The position numbers and the translations under genes are program-made. The notes under the pieces are model-generated. The model ran no database searches and had not been told where the DNA came from. It worked only from the letters and a program-made list of their open reading frames with translations. From NCBI GenBank assembly GCA_012295275.1, contig CM022670.1, forward strand, positions 18,104,001 through 18,168,000: 64,000 nt of DNA, in the 5' to 3' direction. Of this stretch, positions 14,411 to 29,149 are shown one piece after another; position 1 is the first letter of the stretch; every line of letters begins with the position of its first letter. This stretch comes from Chrysomallon squamiferum. Lineage: Eukaryota; Animalia; Mollusca.

Positions 14411-17305
14411 CTCATTGGGTTATCTCAGTATAGCAACAGTGAGACCAGCCAATCATACTAATTACACTGTCTCACAAACAGATTGGTGTCTGACAAATGG
14501 GGTTCTGACAAATGGGGTGGAACCATATATATGTATATACCGACCTCTTCCTGTGTTATGTCTTTAAACTATAAATTTACAATAGTATAAATGGCGATGA
14601 TAATTATGATGATGAATAGGATATTGCTCCTAAATCCAAAAGATTTTTATACTTTTTTTTTTTTTTTGGTATAAATATATCCCATAACAGTGATTTTGAC
14701 AACTAACAACTGTTTATAATCAAAAGATCTGAATAACTGTTAAACGAATTATTCATTCACGAACAATCTAATGAAGGCACACTTTAAATTCTTCTTCTAG
14801 TACATTTCAAACCGTGGAGAAAATGATGAGTTTCTACCTGAAAAATAATATTTTACTGACAATACAACAGCTGATTTTTAAACTTCGTCTTCAAAATTAA
14901 TGATGATTACCCACATTAGTTATCTTCTCACTTTAGCTTTGTGACCGAAAACGGGTTTGAACGAAGAATATGCCAGTGTTTAAGCCAGTGTGTCTCCCTG
15001 ATGTCTGTCTGTGATTCATGATGTGTACGTCCAACAATACATTTCTGAAGAGAAACGGTGTTACATTCGTTATTCTGTGATGAGACTACCAATATTTATA
15101 ATACAATATTTATAAAATAATTGATTTTAGCTGCTTTCGACTAAATGTTACTGATCACGAGATCTGCTAGAAGATTTTTATCGCCATTACATTTTTTTAT
15201 TTTAGATTATATGAAAGGGAAACAAATAAACAAACAACAAATAAATAAAAATAAATAAATAAATAAATAAATAAAATATTAATTGAAAGTTAGTAAATAA
15301 AAATTACAAAACTTATTTAGGAAAGAAACAAACTATCGAAAATGAAATATTAAGGAAGCGGGTGATAAAAATGTTCACTGTAGGCGTGGCGGGTCGCGCA
15401 ATCAATCTCCTCTGAGCTGGTGAATCAGTGTTCATGTCATCTGTTTCTCTGGTCAAGTATCTGAGTAGCCCATGTTATCACAGCACTACTCCTGTCTTTC
15501 TGTTAAATACATTGTTTCTTTGTTTAGAGCCAGGGGTTAAGTACAATTTTCTATTTTTTATTTAAAAAAAAAAAAGTTATCAACAAAATAAAAATTATAT
15601 TGCATGTCTCAAAGAATGAGATTTATAGCATAATTTTTCTGAGATGTCGATGAGAATTACATAATCTAATGTGATTACGAATTGCATTTGGTAATGCCAC
15701 TAGGTCGTAAGTGAATATTTGTTAAACGCAAAACAAAACAAATGAAACTCGTAACTACAGTTTAAGACATTATGGTTGCACTGAAGCCGGTACATTATAT
15801 ATATTCGTTCAAGTTATTTTAACATGACTCACGAAAATATCCGAAGATTGCCGATGTCTATTCAAAAATTTATTTTCGAAAATCTTTTTGACATTTTTTT
15901 TTTTTTTTTTTTAAAACATCATTAGTGATGCTTGAAAACTGAATGACTTCGATATGAGGGCGATGGGGCGGCAAATGAAGTGCCATATTGGAGAGCAATA
16001 TGACGGGAATCCACAGAGCATGGCTCGGAGCTGCCAACTGAACGTCCAATATCTGTACTCAGAGATGCCCGATTAAACTCAAACTAGCGTCTTCCAGTGT
16101 TTGCCTGTAAACCTTTCCCTGCCTTTCGTCTGTGCATTTATTTAACCAGAGGAAACGACGCTAATGCAGAAGTGGTATTAAATTGGCTAATATACTCAAA
16201 TTGACACGACATTGCATACACTTTTGTTTAATCGAGGCCAAGGGGTGGCGGCCTCTGCTGGCGGCATTTTGTCGTAAAGGAAGTAATATATTTACTTCAG
16301 TTCGTAATGAATTTCCTAACGAATTTCTTCACGTATTTAAAATGTGGCATATATTATATACATATTTGACGGGAGAATTTAATAATACTAATAATCTTTG
16401 TTAGGTATAAAAAAAAAAAAAAAAAAATAAAAAATTGCTAAATTTGTAGAAGTACATATTTGAATAGACAATACTTTAAAAATAACTGCATTCGTTATAT
16501 TTAGATGGATAAAAATTAAAGTCGGTTTTTGTCGTTGATATGGTTAGGTTTATTAAACTTTGCCATACCAAAGGTTTTCAAATTTCATTTCACCTGACCC
16601 ACTCTTTTCTTTGTCTTTTATGTGGGTGTATTTACGTGTATAATTCATAAACTAAATATCAGACGTAACGCTGTAACGATCTCGAGCTTCCACAATCAAA
16701 CACTTTTGGTCCCAGGAACCAAGCACACATAATTTTCCCCTTTAGCTAAATACCACTGCACTGGGATACAAGTCAAACGGAAGCGCCTCTAAACCAGAGA
16801 CGTCTATGCATTCTTCTTTTAATTAGTTTTATACATAACACATTATTGTTGACTCGCGCCATCGACTCTTGGTTCACGTTGTCAGTGACCTCTATCAATA
16901 CAGGACAAGCTCAGGAGCCTAAAACACATTGCAGTTTGCAATTACTGTGTTATCTGATTGCTGCGGGTCATCCTCCGGAGACGACATTTGTTTCCTGGGA
17001 ATAATGTCCTAGTATACTGCTCGATCGCTGCATTGAAGTGAGATCATGGGACCAAACTGGTTCATCAAGTTAAGCTCTGAATCATTTCAGAATTCAGTTT
17101 CTTTCTTGTTTTTTCTTCTTCATTTTAATATGTCTTTTAATCAGCCATATCTCTGACTTTCGAAACTATATTATTCTTTTTTTTTAATTATATATGTAGA
17201 AAACTAGATAATATTGGTCGAATATAATTCGAAACTTAATCTGTTGTTAAAATGTTTTGCTGTTGTCAATATCACTGAACTAAGTAAAACAAATAATAAG
17301 AAGGA

Positions 17306-17355
<50 letters not shown>

Positions 17356-18869
17356 TTTTTATTTGTCTTTCTAGAATCAGACGATCATCGAGTCATGTTT
17401 CAAAATTTTGAAGTCGTGTTATTTGACGTCACTGTTGCTACTTAAGAAAGCGAAGGTACTTGATGAACTACATGAAAACATTTACAAACTGGGATTAGTA
17501 TGAGAAAAAAAAAGATGTGCGTTATATACTTTATTATCTGGTCTGTGAGGTAAAAGTGCATGCACTAGAACTTGTTGATTTTTCCTTCTAAATGTCTAGA
17601 CGAGGTCTCAAAACAGTCTTCTGTCTAACCTCTAATAGTCGCCGATTAAGCAAACACATTTCTCTCTCTAACCCTCAGTACAAGCTTTTGCAAAGAACCA
17701 TGTTTGTTCGATATGTTCTGAAAAAAAGTTTTCCTTCTCTTCTAGAAGAAAAATGACGAATCCTTCGCTTCTGAGTGTTATTTCAGTCAAAGTAATTTGT
17801 TTCCACTTCTACTGGGGTCCTCTTCAGCCGCATGCTGAGCAAACAGTATGTGAGAAGTGTGTTATGTCTGAGAAAACAACAACTGATTTACAAAACCTTG
17901 GCACTGACGTCTCCAGTGATCGAGACATGTCCGATCTGCCTCGTGAAAATCGATCCCAAGCACTGACCATTGAATCTGCCATGAATGTCCTTTCAAAGTA
18001 ACTGTCCGAAAGTGTTTGTATTCCGCTGAATGTACTAGAGGAAGGTTAAAAGACCGCGTTATCGAACGGTCAAGCGATTCATTACTGCCGTGCCATGGAC
18101 ATCGTGGTCCATAACTTCTGAACGCTGATCGGACAGGTTAAATAGCCAGGGCGTCCAGTGGTCAGTGTTAAAGAGCTGTGTAAAGAAATGTGTGTAGTTT
18201 CTTAGACAGGAGAATATTTTCTCTCTTAATTAAAAAGTCCAGATCTGTTAATATGATCAGTTGTGTTAATAAACTCGCTGGAGAAGGTTCACATGATGAA
18301 TGTATTAATGCGTTTCAGTTTATTTTCAATCCTGTATTAACATTTTTATGTCGAGAACTAAACTTAATTATATTAGAATGAAAATAATGCAGGTAAACAA
18401 GTTATTGTCTGAAATATATCTTTAACAATTAAATGAAAAAAAAGAATATTTTATTGTTCTACCTATAACAAATTCAAGTTTGTGCACAACATTTTTGTTT
18501 TGCTTTTACTGTTAATAAAACATTTTCTTGAAAATATATATTATTCTAAAAACAAAAGAATTTCCTTTTACCCTTTTTAACGGCACAAATTTAATAAACG
18601 TCTTTCAGGAATATATTTAATGATTTTTAACTTTATAAATTAAAAATTGAAGCTAAAATAATTTTCAAAAACATGTATTTTTAAAAGAAGTCGAATTGCA
18701 GAATATTAAACATTAAATTTTGGATTAAATAGCGGATTACAAAAAAATCCACGATATGTGTATCCATCAAAGATATACCACGAAATTAATACTATTTAGT
18801 TTTCAAACAGAGAAGAACACTCGAGTATATTAATGAATATAAATTAATTAATTAAAGATTATAAATGAA

Positions 18870-19320
18870 AACTCAGTAATTGCAATAGCAACGGTAATAA
18901 TAACACCGGAAGCTGCTTGATAAAAGTAGTACATACTAGTAGTAGTAATGTTTGAAGTAATGTAATAGTAATGGTAGTACAAATGGTATTAGTAGTAGTA
19001 ACAGTAATACTAGTAATAGTGGTGGTAGTAGTAACATCAATGGTAGCATGTATAGCAACAGTAGCAACAGCTGTAGAATTAGTACTAACAGTAGTAATAA
19101 TTACAGCAGCAGTATCAGCAATAGCAGTTGCAGTAGTAGAAATAGTAGTGTAGCAAATAGTAGAAATATAAATAGTTGTAGTAGTAGAAGTAGCAATACA
19201 AGTAGTAATATATGATAAATAATGTAGTAGAAAAGTAGCTGTTCTGATAATAGACTTTACAGTAGTTTTACAACTGGAAGTAGTACATAACGTAGTAAAA
19301 TTATCATCGTAGTAAGACAT
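18870..19320. repeat. Degenerate (GTA)-type trinucleotide tract
   Basis: Period-3 GTA/GCA/ATA low-complexity sequence. Similar tracts at about 4120-4310, 19885-20130, 23655-24120, 36240-36360, 56350-56610 and 62760-62950. Confidence 0.85.
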
Positions 19321-20348
19321 TTATCTACGAGATCTTCGTGTTACGTCCCAGACACAAGAAAAGGCGCCTGTTCAAACAAACTATGTTACGACGATCTATG
19401 CTACTCCACTGGCAAAACTGGCACATCTTCAAATGTTCAGAAATCGAGCCAGCCATTTTTTTCAACCTGAGAATACTAGCTAATGAGTTCCGTTTGTTGT
19501 TCCTTGAAACAAATTCGCATTCTAAACATGTTTTATCTTCTTCTTCCTGCCACCTCAGTCCCCAGTACGAAAGGTTTTTATCTTTCCTCTGACATTTCTT
19601 GGACCACCTGACGGCAAAAAGTCTTAATTTCATTGGTTGTTTGGTATGCTCGTGAATGTAATTGCCATGTGCAGCTGGCACGTGCACCGGTCATAAATGA
19701 TGATTTATTTGTGAAGGCTAATTTGAGGTTTTGTCTCAGACTTGCGAAAAGATATTTTCGTTTCTTTCTTCGTACTAACTGAAGCTAATACGTCATTTCT
19801 TTGACAAGTAGTTTGTATCTCTATTGTAGATAAACAAGATATGAAAAAGAACGAACAGTAAAATCACATAAATAAAACAAAAATTACTATTACTTCTTCT
19901 ACCATTAATGCTACTACTGTTATTACTACTACTGCTCCTATTAACTACTACTTCTACTACTATTACTGTTATTACTACTACTACTCCTAGTTCTTCTACT
20001 ACTGTTAATGATACTCTACTGATACCACTACTGCTACTACAACGACTTGTACTGCTTCTGCTAATCTTTATACTGCTATTAGTAGCACTATTTCTAGAGT
20101 TCTCAAGTTTATCACTACCGTACTTACACCCCAAAATAAAACAATCATAAGTGCAAATAGAATTTCAGCTTCTACTATTAGTACTACTAGATACATTAAC
20201 AACAACAACAACAAAAATAATAATAATAATAATAATAAATACTACGAGGCGGGACAGCAGTAGGGAACGGAGTAATTGTTAGGTAGGTAGATATACAAGT
20301 GGTAATAGTGGAAATAGTAATGGTCACATTATTAACAGTCGCAGTCGC

Positions 20349-20401
<53 letters not shown>

Positions 20402-20929
20402 GTTAATAACAATAGTCAAAGAGTAGAATTATTATCAGTTTCAGCAGAGGAAATAAAAATAGTAGGAATGATATCATCAACAATAACAGAAGATCGAGAG
20501 ATATCTTGTTCTTTAAATATATAAGTATGCCTATTATAGATGACTGTATGGATATATATGTATGTGTGCATGTATGTGTGTATGTATGTGTGTATGCATG
20601 CAATAGGTCTACTTAATAAGTTTAATAAATGAGCAAAGTGTCCTTTTCTTTAATATCTTTCTTATTCTGTTCATTGTAGTTTATTAATAAAGGCCATAAT
20701 ATTCAAAGGTATTTGGTCATCTTCTTATTCTGAATCTGGAATAAATTACGTATAATATCTGACTAAATGACACAGAGTAACAGATTCACACTTCAGCTCA
20801 TTAGTGAACTTGCAGCTGTTCCTTTACAGATCTGTGCAGAACCTGGAATGTGTGTGGCCTTTTTAATTTATCATCACTTCAGTTCACGTGTTTTGTATGA
20901 GTTATCAAAACAACAACAATAACAACAGC

Positions 20930-20969
<40 letters not shown>

Positions 20970-23900
20970 GCAGTAGTAACAACATCAACAAAAACAACAA
21001 AAAAAATAACAGCATCAACAACAACAACAACAATAATAATAATAATAGGTTTGTTCTTTTCTTCTTCTTTGTTTATCTTTTATCATTATCTTCTTACACT
21101 GTACTCTGTAAATAAAATCCCAAATTTGTTAAATTTCTATTAACTTCAAAACATTCTTTCTTTCTTTCTTTTACCTTTTTCCATTTTTTTTTTTTTTTTT
21201 TCATTTCATCATATAATATCTCACCCGCATTTACATCAGTTCTATTACTATGTATTTGTAGCAAATCCGGAAACGATTTAGTTACTATTTTCTAAACGCT
21301 TAGAGTTAAATTTCCATTCTGTCGAAGTACGCCTGTGTGGCTTACAGTGATGTATGACAAAGTGGCCTGTCTGGTTTCAGCCCATGTATATATTAAACTG
21401 ACTAAATGGCTCAAGACTGACTGGATTGGAACACGTTCTCAGAGGAGCTTGTGCGAGAGTTTTCAATTTCTAGATGCCTATTGAATTTTCACTGATTGCG
21501 TCTTTTCCATTACACCACAATTATTAGGATTTAAACAGGAAAGTAAAGAGCTGTGTAAATACACGTGTAAATTGGATATTATCTCTTTTTTTTTGTGTGC
21601 TGTGGTTTAAGATTTAAATACAAAAGTAACGTGTTAAGTGGGATGTTATTCTGTGACTGTAGATTAAGACTTAAACACAAAAGTAATAATAAAGTATTAT
21701 GACTCTGCCCCTCAAAAAATGGAGACAAGGAAAACTGTTTGTATTTTAATTAAAATGTACTGTATATTTTTTATTTTGGAAAGAAAGAAAGATAAAGAGA
21801 TAGGGAGATAAAGAGATAGATAGACAAACAGACAGAGAGACAGACAGATAGATAGATTGATAGATATGATGGATGGATTTATGGATGGATGGATAGATAG
21901 AGAGATAGACAGACACACAGAAAGACAGAGAGAAGGACAGAAAGACAGAGAATCATACAGACAGAGAGAGACAGACAGACAGACACATAGAAACGACGAA
22001 AAAGAACACCGTCAAAATGGAAGAAAGTATATCAAGAATGTAACTATTTTGTATTACAAAACAACTAACAGCTCTGTGGCCGAGTGTGTTCATGTAATTG
22101 TTTAAAATGATCTCTATAATACGTTTTCAAACCTGTCTCTTTTCATTAGCAAAACTTTTCTCTAAGTACACAGACAAATAATATTCCCTGATAAGAACGT
22201 ATAAAGAGATATCTGACATTTTAAATATTAATCGAAAGTCGTGACATTCAAACGAAAGATTCTTGAAATGGAAAGAGTTTTGTACACAACAAAGGTGGAT
22301 TATAGATTTATTAAATATCACGAGAATACAAAGAAATACTGATGTAATTAAAATCCAGTAACACAGAGAAAAACACAGATAAAGAATATATAAATATTTA
22401 ATTTACACACTTGATTAATACCAGAAGTCTTTCTACAAAAGCAGATAATTATATTCTGAAAATAATTTTGTCACGAAAAGGCAAATCATCAATTGCTATA
22501 AAAAGATAAAACGAAAGAAAAAAGAAAGTTTCCAAATATCAATGTTTTAATGTTTGAGATTTTTCTTTTTCTTTTTAAAATTCCTTTTGACTTTTTTTCT
22601 TTAAGGTTTATTTTCTATTGGTTTTTCATGTTTTTTCTTTTTTCTTTTAAATATATTTTCTTTTTTTTTTCCTTTTTCCTTTTTCTTTTTCTTACCTCTG
22701 TTAAAATTTTATCGAGATTTATTTGACCATTTTAATCTTTTTTTTTAATTCAAATTTATTTTATTCTATTCTATTCCATTTTTTCTTTCATTTTTTAAAA
22801 TTTTAATTTAATTTAATGTTATTCATTTTTTTGTTCAATCTTACTTGACTGTTTCTTGATTATTTTACCATTTTTCTTCAAGATATATTTTTTTCTGTAC
22901 TTTGATGTTTATTGTTCAGTTACAGTGTCAAATCCATTACATTAATATTTGTATTCTTTTAATTTTTTATTAAAAGAAAGAAAAAACACAAAAACAAAAA
23001 AGGCATTGTTTTCTTGTTGTTTTAGTTTTAGTTTTTTTGTTTTAGAACAAAACTCTTAGGACAAAAACCATTTGGACAGTACAGCTCATTATCGATTTAA
23101 TTATTTTAATTATTTTGAGTATATGTTGTGTGTGTGTTTGTTTATGTGCGTGTGTTTGTGTGTGTGTATGTGCATATGTGTGTGTGTATGTTCGTTTATT
23201 AAAATAAAAACTCTGACACGTTATTTTTCTTCCTGTTAAATTAGGGTTTAAACAGAACTACCTTACATCTGTTTTCTCTTTAGAAGTAACACTGCACGTG
23301 ATTCAGGTGCGAAGGCTGCTTATTAACGTATTAAGCAAGTGGGTGATGTTTATTCACTGGGGTCGGGATACCTGAAGACGTAAGTCCTCGCCGGTGAAGG
23401 TTAACTGACAAAGAATGTCTAAGAAAACAAAGAGAATTTCACTTACAGGTGAAAACAGGGAGAAGCAGGAATGTGTTGGATGTGTAGTTTGAACACGGAA
23501 GAAAACGGTGAGGGATTTGTAGGTAAGCGAGTGTGGCAGCTGGTATTTCTGAGGTGCTTTGATAGATAGATAGATGACGTAATTAAGTCCTTTGTGAGAA
23601 AAAGTCCTGCCATAATCATTCTGAGCAGAAATAAAATTAACATTATCATAGCAATTACTACTACTACTACTGGTAGTAGTAGTAGTAGTAGTAGTATGCT
23701 AATGCTACTGCTACAGTGGTAACGCTACTGCTACTACTTCTACTATTACTATTACATTATACTACTACTACTAGTACTATCACTACCACTAGTACTACTG
23801 GTATTACTACTACTACACCGGATTACAACAACACGAATTACTATTTTATTAATATTGATGCAGCTACTACAAATTTAATTTCAGCAGCTATTTCTACTAA

Positions 23901-26900
23901 GACTTTTTCTAGTGCTATTGTTAATACGATTACTATCACTGTTATTACCATTGGTGTTATAGATATTACTGCTAATATTATTTTTACTGCTCGTAACTGT
24001 TACTACTACAATTAGAACAACTATTACTTCTATAACTACTATCTACAACCACAAATAGTTGCTACGAATCACATTATTACCACTACCGTTACTATATAAT
24101 AATACTATCAATAGTACCAATAAAATACTTTTACAAAAACTATAATAACGAACCAACCATTCCCTCTATATGAAATGAAATTCCGTATCAACAGAGTATC
24201 ACCACACTAATTTTTACATACACATGTATGTTGTTAGTCGCAACGATAGAATACTTATAAAATCTAAGTTATTATGTAATTCGATGACTTCAGAAAATAA
24301 ATGTAACCATAGATACTTAATGACAAACTGTCTGAACTTTTGGTTTCCATCGTACGTTCTTCTTTGCTGCTAAATAAATTAACTAATTATACACAACTGG
24401 AATACTTTGTATGAAAATATGTATGTATGATGTATAGGTCAGTGGGCTGTATATATATATTTTAAAAAAAAAAGGTCATCCCTGTTTCTTTTTAAGCAGG
24501 ATTTTACTTCGTTTAATAAGAACTATTTCATGCTTTGACTTGTGATAACAAGTCCTTCCTGGATAATAAGCTCTTACTTTGAGACCATCAACTGCAGCAC
24601 GAAAGAGGTATGTTCTTTTTCTTTTCAGTTAAAGTTCAAACGTTCTTTAATGTGAATACTCAAGACTTGAACATAATAAAGTTAAAAAAAAAAAAAAAAG
24701 GTATTCTTTGTTTTTGGAGACTTTGAATGGTAACACAGTAATTGAAGGAATATATGGTGTGGTTTTTTCCATAAATACTTCATAAAACCTTTCTTATGTG
24801 TGAGACAATACTGAATTTATCTGGAATGTCATTATTATTATAAGTATTTTTTCCCCACATATATAAAAGTAAATATATGAAAGCAAATCGTATTAGATAA
24901 TAATAGCAGCAAGGGTGGAAAAACATAGCGAAAATACGTTTTTATAACAAATTGCTAACTCATATACAATTAATAATGATGATAATTATAGTTGTGAAAA
25001 TGTTTACTATTTTGATGATGATAATAATAATATCTGTTAGAACTGCTAATTGTATTTTACGGCAAATGTGATTTTATAAGGTTATGACGTCATTACCAGC
25101 ATAACGACAACATTCTGGGATTTTAAATATAATATTTCACAGGATTCCTGAAATATTCCATTATGTTTCATCTTTCCTTTTTTCCCCTCCCCAGTATTTA
25201 ATAAAAAAAAATATTCTAATTGTTCTGGACTGTAAAGCAAAATAAAATGCTTGATCGATTCCCTTTAATGATATTTTATTACCAGACATTTTTGAATGGG
25301 TATTTTATTGATGATCTTGACAAGTTTTTCACATTGCCAGTCACTTTTTCTACTTCGATTTTTGGCAACAAACTGAATACATGACCTGCTGATTCATCAA
25401 TTATTTGAAAATAGTTAAAGCAAAGAAAGGAACCTAGAAAAGTGTCCCTTAACAAAGATAGCTCTATAGGCACAGACAGAGAAAAAACTGGTAACTTGGT
25501 AATAAACAAAGATTATTCGAGTTATTTGTTCGTAGTAACACAGGTACACTTTAATTTATTTACTTCTTTTACTCTAACTGCATCCGTTTGTTTGAAACTG
25601 TACAAATTTGGAAACACTTTAACACGGACTACTAAAAAATTACGTCCTACGTGCACCGATGAAAGAAACGGTGCATTCACGAAAAAAAGATGGGATAGTG
25701 CAATAAAAGCAAAAACCAATACCAATATTTAAATTGCGCATGGTCGAAGCCCGAGGATTCAGTTTATGCAATAAAATGTTATTATACTGACAAAACTAAT
25801 AACATTACATGAATCTGCTGGAAATTCACTTTGTTAACGTGTCAACATGGTTCTTAGACGCATTAAATTAACTCTTTTTTTATTTAAGTTTTGACCTCGT
25901 TATTATTGTTTTCTTACTTTTTACTTGAATGCCTCTATACGAATCATTCGAGCAGAAATATGAGGTAAGCAAAAAAGTGGCTTTTTTCGTTTTAATTTGT
26001 AGGCGACTGCCCGCAGGCATTTTTTGAAGAAACGATTGCCCAAGGATTCTCTACTTCAGTATTGTTGTTGTTGATGGTGGTAGTAGTGGTGGTGCTGGTG
26101 GCGGTGGTGGCGGTGGTTTTGTTATTTCTTTTGCAACTGGTTGTTCTACTGCCGAAGTCACATTACTTTTGTACATTTAAATTTTATACTTAAAAGAATA
26201 GAGAGAGAGATTTATATGTACCTAATAATTTTTTTTTTTTTTTAAATTTAAAAAAATGAAAGTCGAGGTTCGCACTGAGTTGCTGACATCGTCATACATA
26301 AATAATTTTAAACCAGAAAATGTGAAAAGCTTCTTTGATATTGATAACGATAGTGTACCAACAGACTTTGTTTCATTCTAATTCATAATACATTTGCACA
26401 CACATATATTTCTATTAACATATTTTTATTAATGTTTCTCCCTTTAATTAATTAATTAATACTTAAATGATTTTTTTTTTTTTTTTTTTTTTTTTGTGAT
26501 GATGACAGCACAGAAGAAACCTGCATGTATTAAGAAATAACAAGGATTCTTTTAAGTACTGAACTGAAAATTATTTAAATTGTCCAGCTGAGCCAAATAA
26601 ATCTGCGAGCGCTTCATCTTGAGTGACATCTCTCTCTTTCTCTCTTTCTCTCTCTCTGACTCGTACTGTGAAAAGTAACGAACTTTATTCAGTTTGGTCG
26701 ATCCATTTAACTAGTCCTGTTTCTGAATACAAGGAGATATGATCCAATTATTGTTTCAGACAGCCGAAACAGTTATTGAAGTAAATATCATAAACGCCAA
26801 GCAGTCACTGGTTTAATGAAATGCCTGAATCTTTCTTTTACATCACGGCTGTTATAAGTAAAAAACTTCGTAGAAAAAAAAGAGAGTAATGGACTGGAAG

Positions 26901-29030
26901 CAAGATATTTATTTGCTGTATTTTCCTTCTCTTTAGTTTTAGTAAGAAAATGATAAAAAAAATAAACAATAAACAATAAAAACTCCAAATGACTGGACAT
27001 TACACAAATTGTAAAGATGAACAAATGCCCAAAACGACATATTTTTACATTAACGGATTTCTTCTCTCTATTTCTTGTATAATAACAGCATGAAAGAGAA
27101 GCCGGCTTCTGCCTCACATCACTGACTGTTCTAGCCAATCAGCAGCCGCGGAAATATTTTTATATTTACATTATTTACATAATTGCACAACTATTATTAT
27201 TATTAAAAATTACTATTTTATATTTTTAAATAATACTTTTTTTTTTTTTTTTTTTTTTTAAAGTACTTGATTTTTAATTTTAACAGAGGATGCTTTTCTT
27301 TCTTTCTTCTTTTTTTTTTTTTTTTGGTTTGATATCAGAACAAAATGTCACGGTGGAAATTCGTGAAAATCTGAAACTCATTATCTCTTATTTTGTGTAC
27401 GGCTCCCGTAGCAATAGCAAACAGAACATCCGCTCAGTGTGTGCGTAGTGAGTGAAGCGAGCAGTGCATTTCCGTTAAATCTCGTAATTGTTGTTTGCAC
27501 CAAAAAATCACTTTCTGTAGGACCACATTTGAGCAATATCACGAGGCGAAAGTAGGAATTCATCTCTTGGACAAAGTTTAATGTTAAATAGTAAAATTAT
27601 TATGCACTATTCTGTTGCAGTACATTTTATGTAGAGTACTAAGAAATTTTAAACTGTAAAAATAATATATGAATAAATTGCATATTACTTTTTCTGTGTT
27701 TCAACTGGCAAAGTGACTGACTGATTCACTGATTTGATATGTATGTACGTACGTATGTATATATCAAAATGAGAATATTTTGCATCAGTAACAACTGACA
27801 ACCATACCTATAGTTGCTCTCTATTTCATTTGTGCTTTCCTTTGTTTTTTTGTTTTTTTAAATATATAAAAATAAATTCTGAAAGTCTGGCGAAATTCAG
27901 GTGTACCTTTATTATACGCACAAGAAAAATTCATGGATGTTATTCGCATAGTGGTGCGCTCATTTAAAATACTGTCTATAGATTCGATTTAATAGCTAAT
28001 TTTTTTCTTCATTCTTCATCAACGTTTTGGAAATTCATCAGACTTTTACTTTAAAATCAATTTAACTTGTAGAAGGAACTGTCAGAAATTGTCTTTACAT
28101 GATTCGATTTTCGTTGCGAAATAATGCCCAGGGTAGCGTGCTTCGACCCTAATTATATATAATCTCGATTAGAAGATGAAACGATCCAGTGGTGCTAATA
28201 ATAGATGCAGAGGGTCAAGTGCTGGTTTCAGTTTAATAGAATAGCCACTCTGTTAATGTCAGCGCAGTGAAATATCGGCAAGTACCGCAAAGGTTAAAGA
28301 GTGTTAGCTACTGATGTACAGACAATACAATTACCGCAATACAACACATTTTCTCGCAGCGAGGCTCACTGCTTTGGTAGTTAGAAACTACAATCAGTTC
28401 ATGCAACTAGGAAAATGTATGTTCTGTAGATATTTTCTTGGGATTTTTAAATTATTATTATCATCATATTATTTTTTTTTTTTTTTTTTATTCATTTGTT
28501 ATTCTTTCTAAAAAGTTCTTTTTCATTTTTCGTCATTTTTAATACATAAGAAACTAAGGGAATAATCAAGCCATGGAATGAATGAAGCTAGTTTTACTTT
28601 TTGTTAACATAATTTATACATGTAACGTTTTACCATAAGATAGCATGTGTTTTGCTTATTGTTTATGTTAGTCTGAAAAATTAAAGAATATGTATTATAT
28701 TATATAATAATATTTTCATCTGTTGTATTATTCTTATCGTTACTATTATCTTCATCATCATGATAATCTGTGTTGTCATTAGTAATCATTTTTTTTTAAC
28801 TTTGTCATTAGTATTATTAATTTAGTAGTAGTAATAGTACATATGTAATATGAATCGATGATATTGAAAAAACCAAAAAAAAGATAAACATATAATTGTT
28901 TCTTTGTTGTTGTTATTATTTTTTTTTCCTTGATATTTATAAAATATTTATTGAATTTATTAATTTAATTTTTTTTTTCTCATAATAATTTATCTGTTTA
29001 TTCACATACTCTCAGTCGAAATGCAAAGGA

Positions 29031-29149
29031 TAAAAGAGAATAATTTATAATTTTCTAATTTGTAAAAACAACAGACACGCCGAAGAAAAAATACACAACT
29101 GCGGAGAAAAAACAGATTCCGAATCTCGTAACACTATCCATGTAGAGAT
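29031..29149 (+). repeat. Dispersed ~120-bp repeat, copy 1
   Basis: TAAAAGAGAAT...AAAAACAACAGACACGCCGAAGAAAAAATACACA...GAATCTCGTAACAC.ATCC.TGTAGAGAT is shared with 35537-35654. Confidence 0.9.

Larger units (their letters stand above)
13640..14524 (-). mobile_element. Decayed Mutator-like (FLYWCH-MULE/Phantom-type) DNA transposon, 5' portion
   Basis: The minus-strand terminus GGTTCCACCCCATTTGTCAGAACCCCATTTGTCAGA has a tandemly repeated subunit (14489-14524). It is followed by a 55-bp array and then a frameshifted FLYWCH-like coding relic starting at the ATG at 13901. Confidence 0.55.

Noticed and set aside
18859-19320. Thr-rich mucin-like ORFs (also 19908-20150, 23716-24015, 29852-30245)
   Set aside because: They are translations of degenerate (GTA/TAC)n tracts with no splice or domain support.
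19325-19687. 120-aa minus-strand ORF
   Set aside because: No recognisable motif; consistent with a chance ORF in a complex island.
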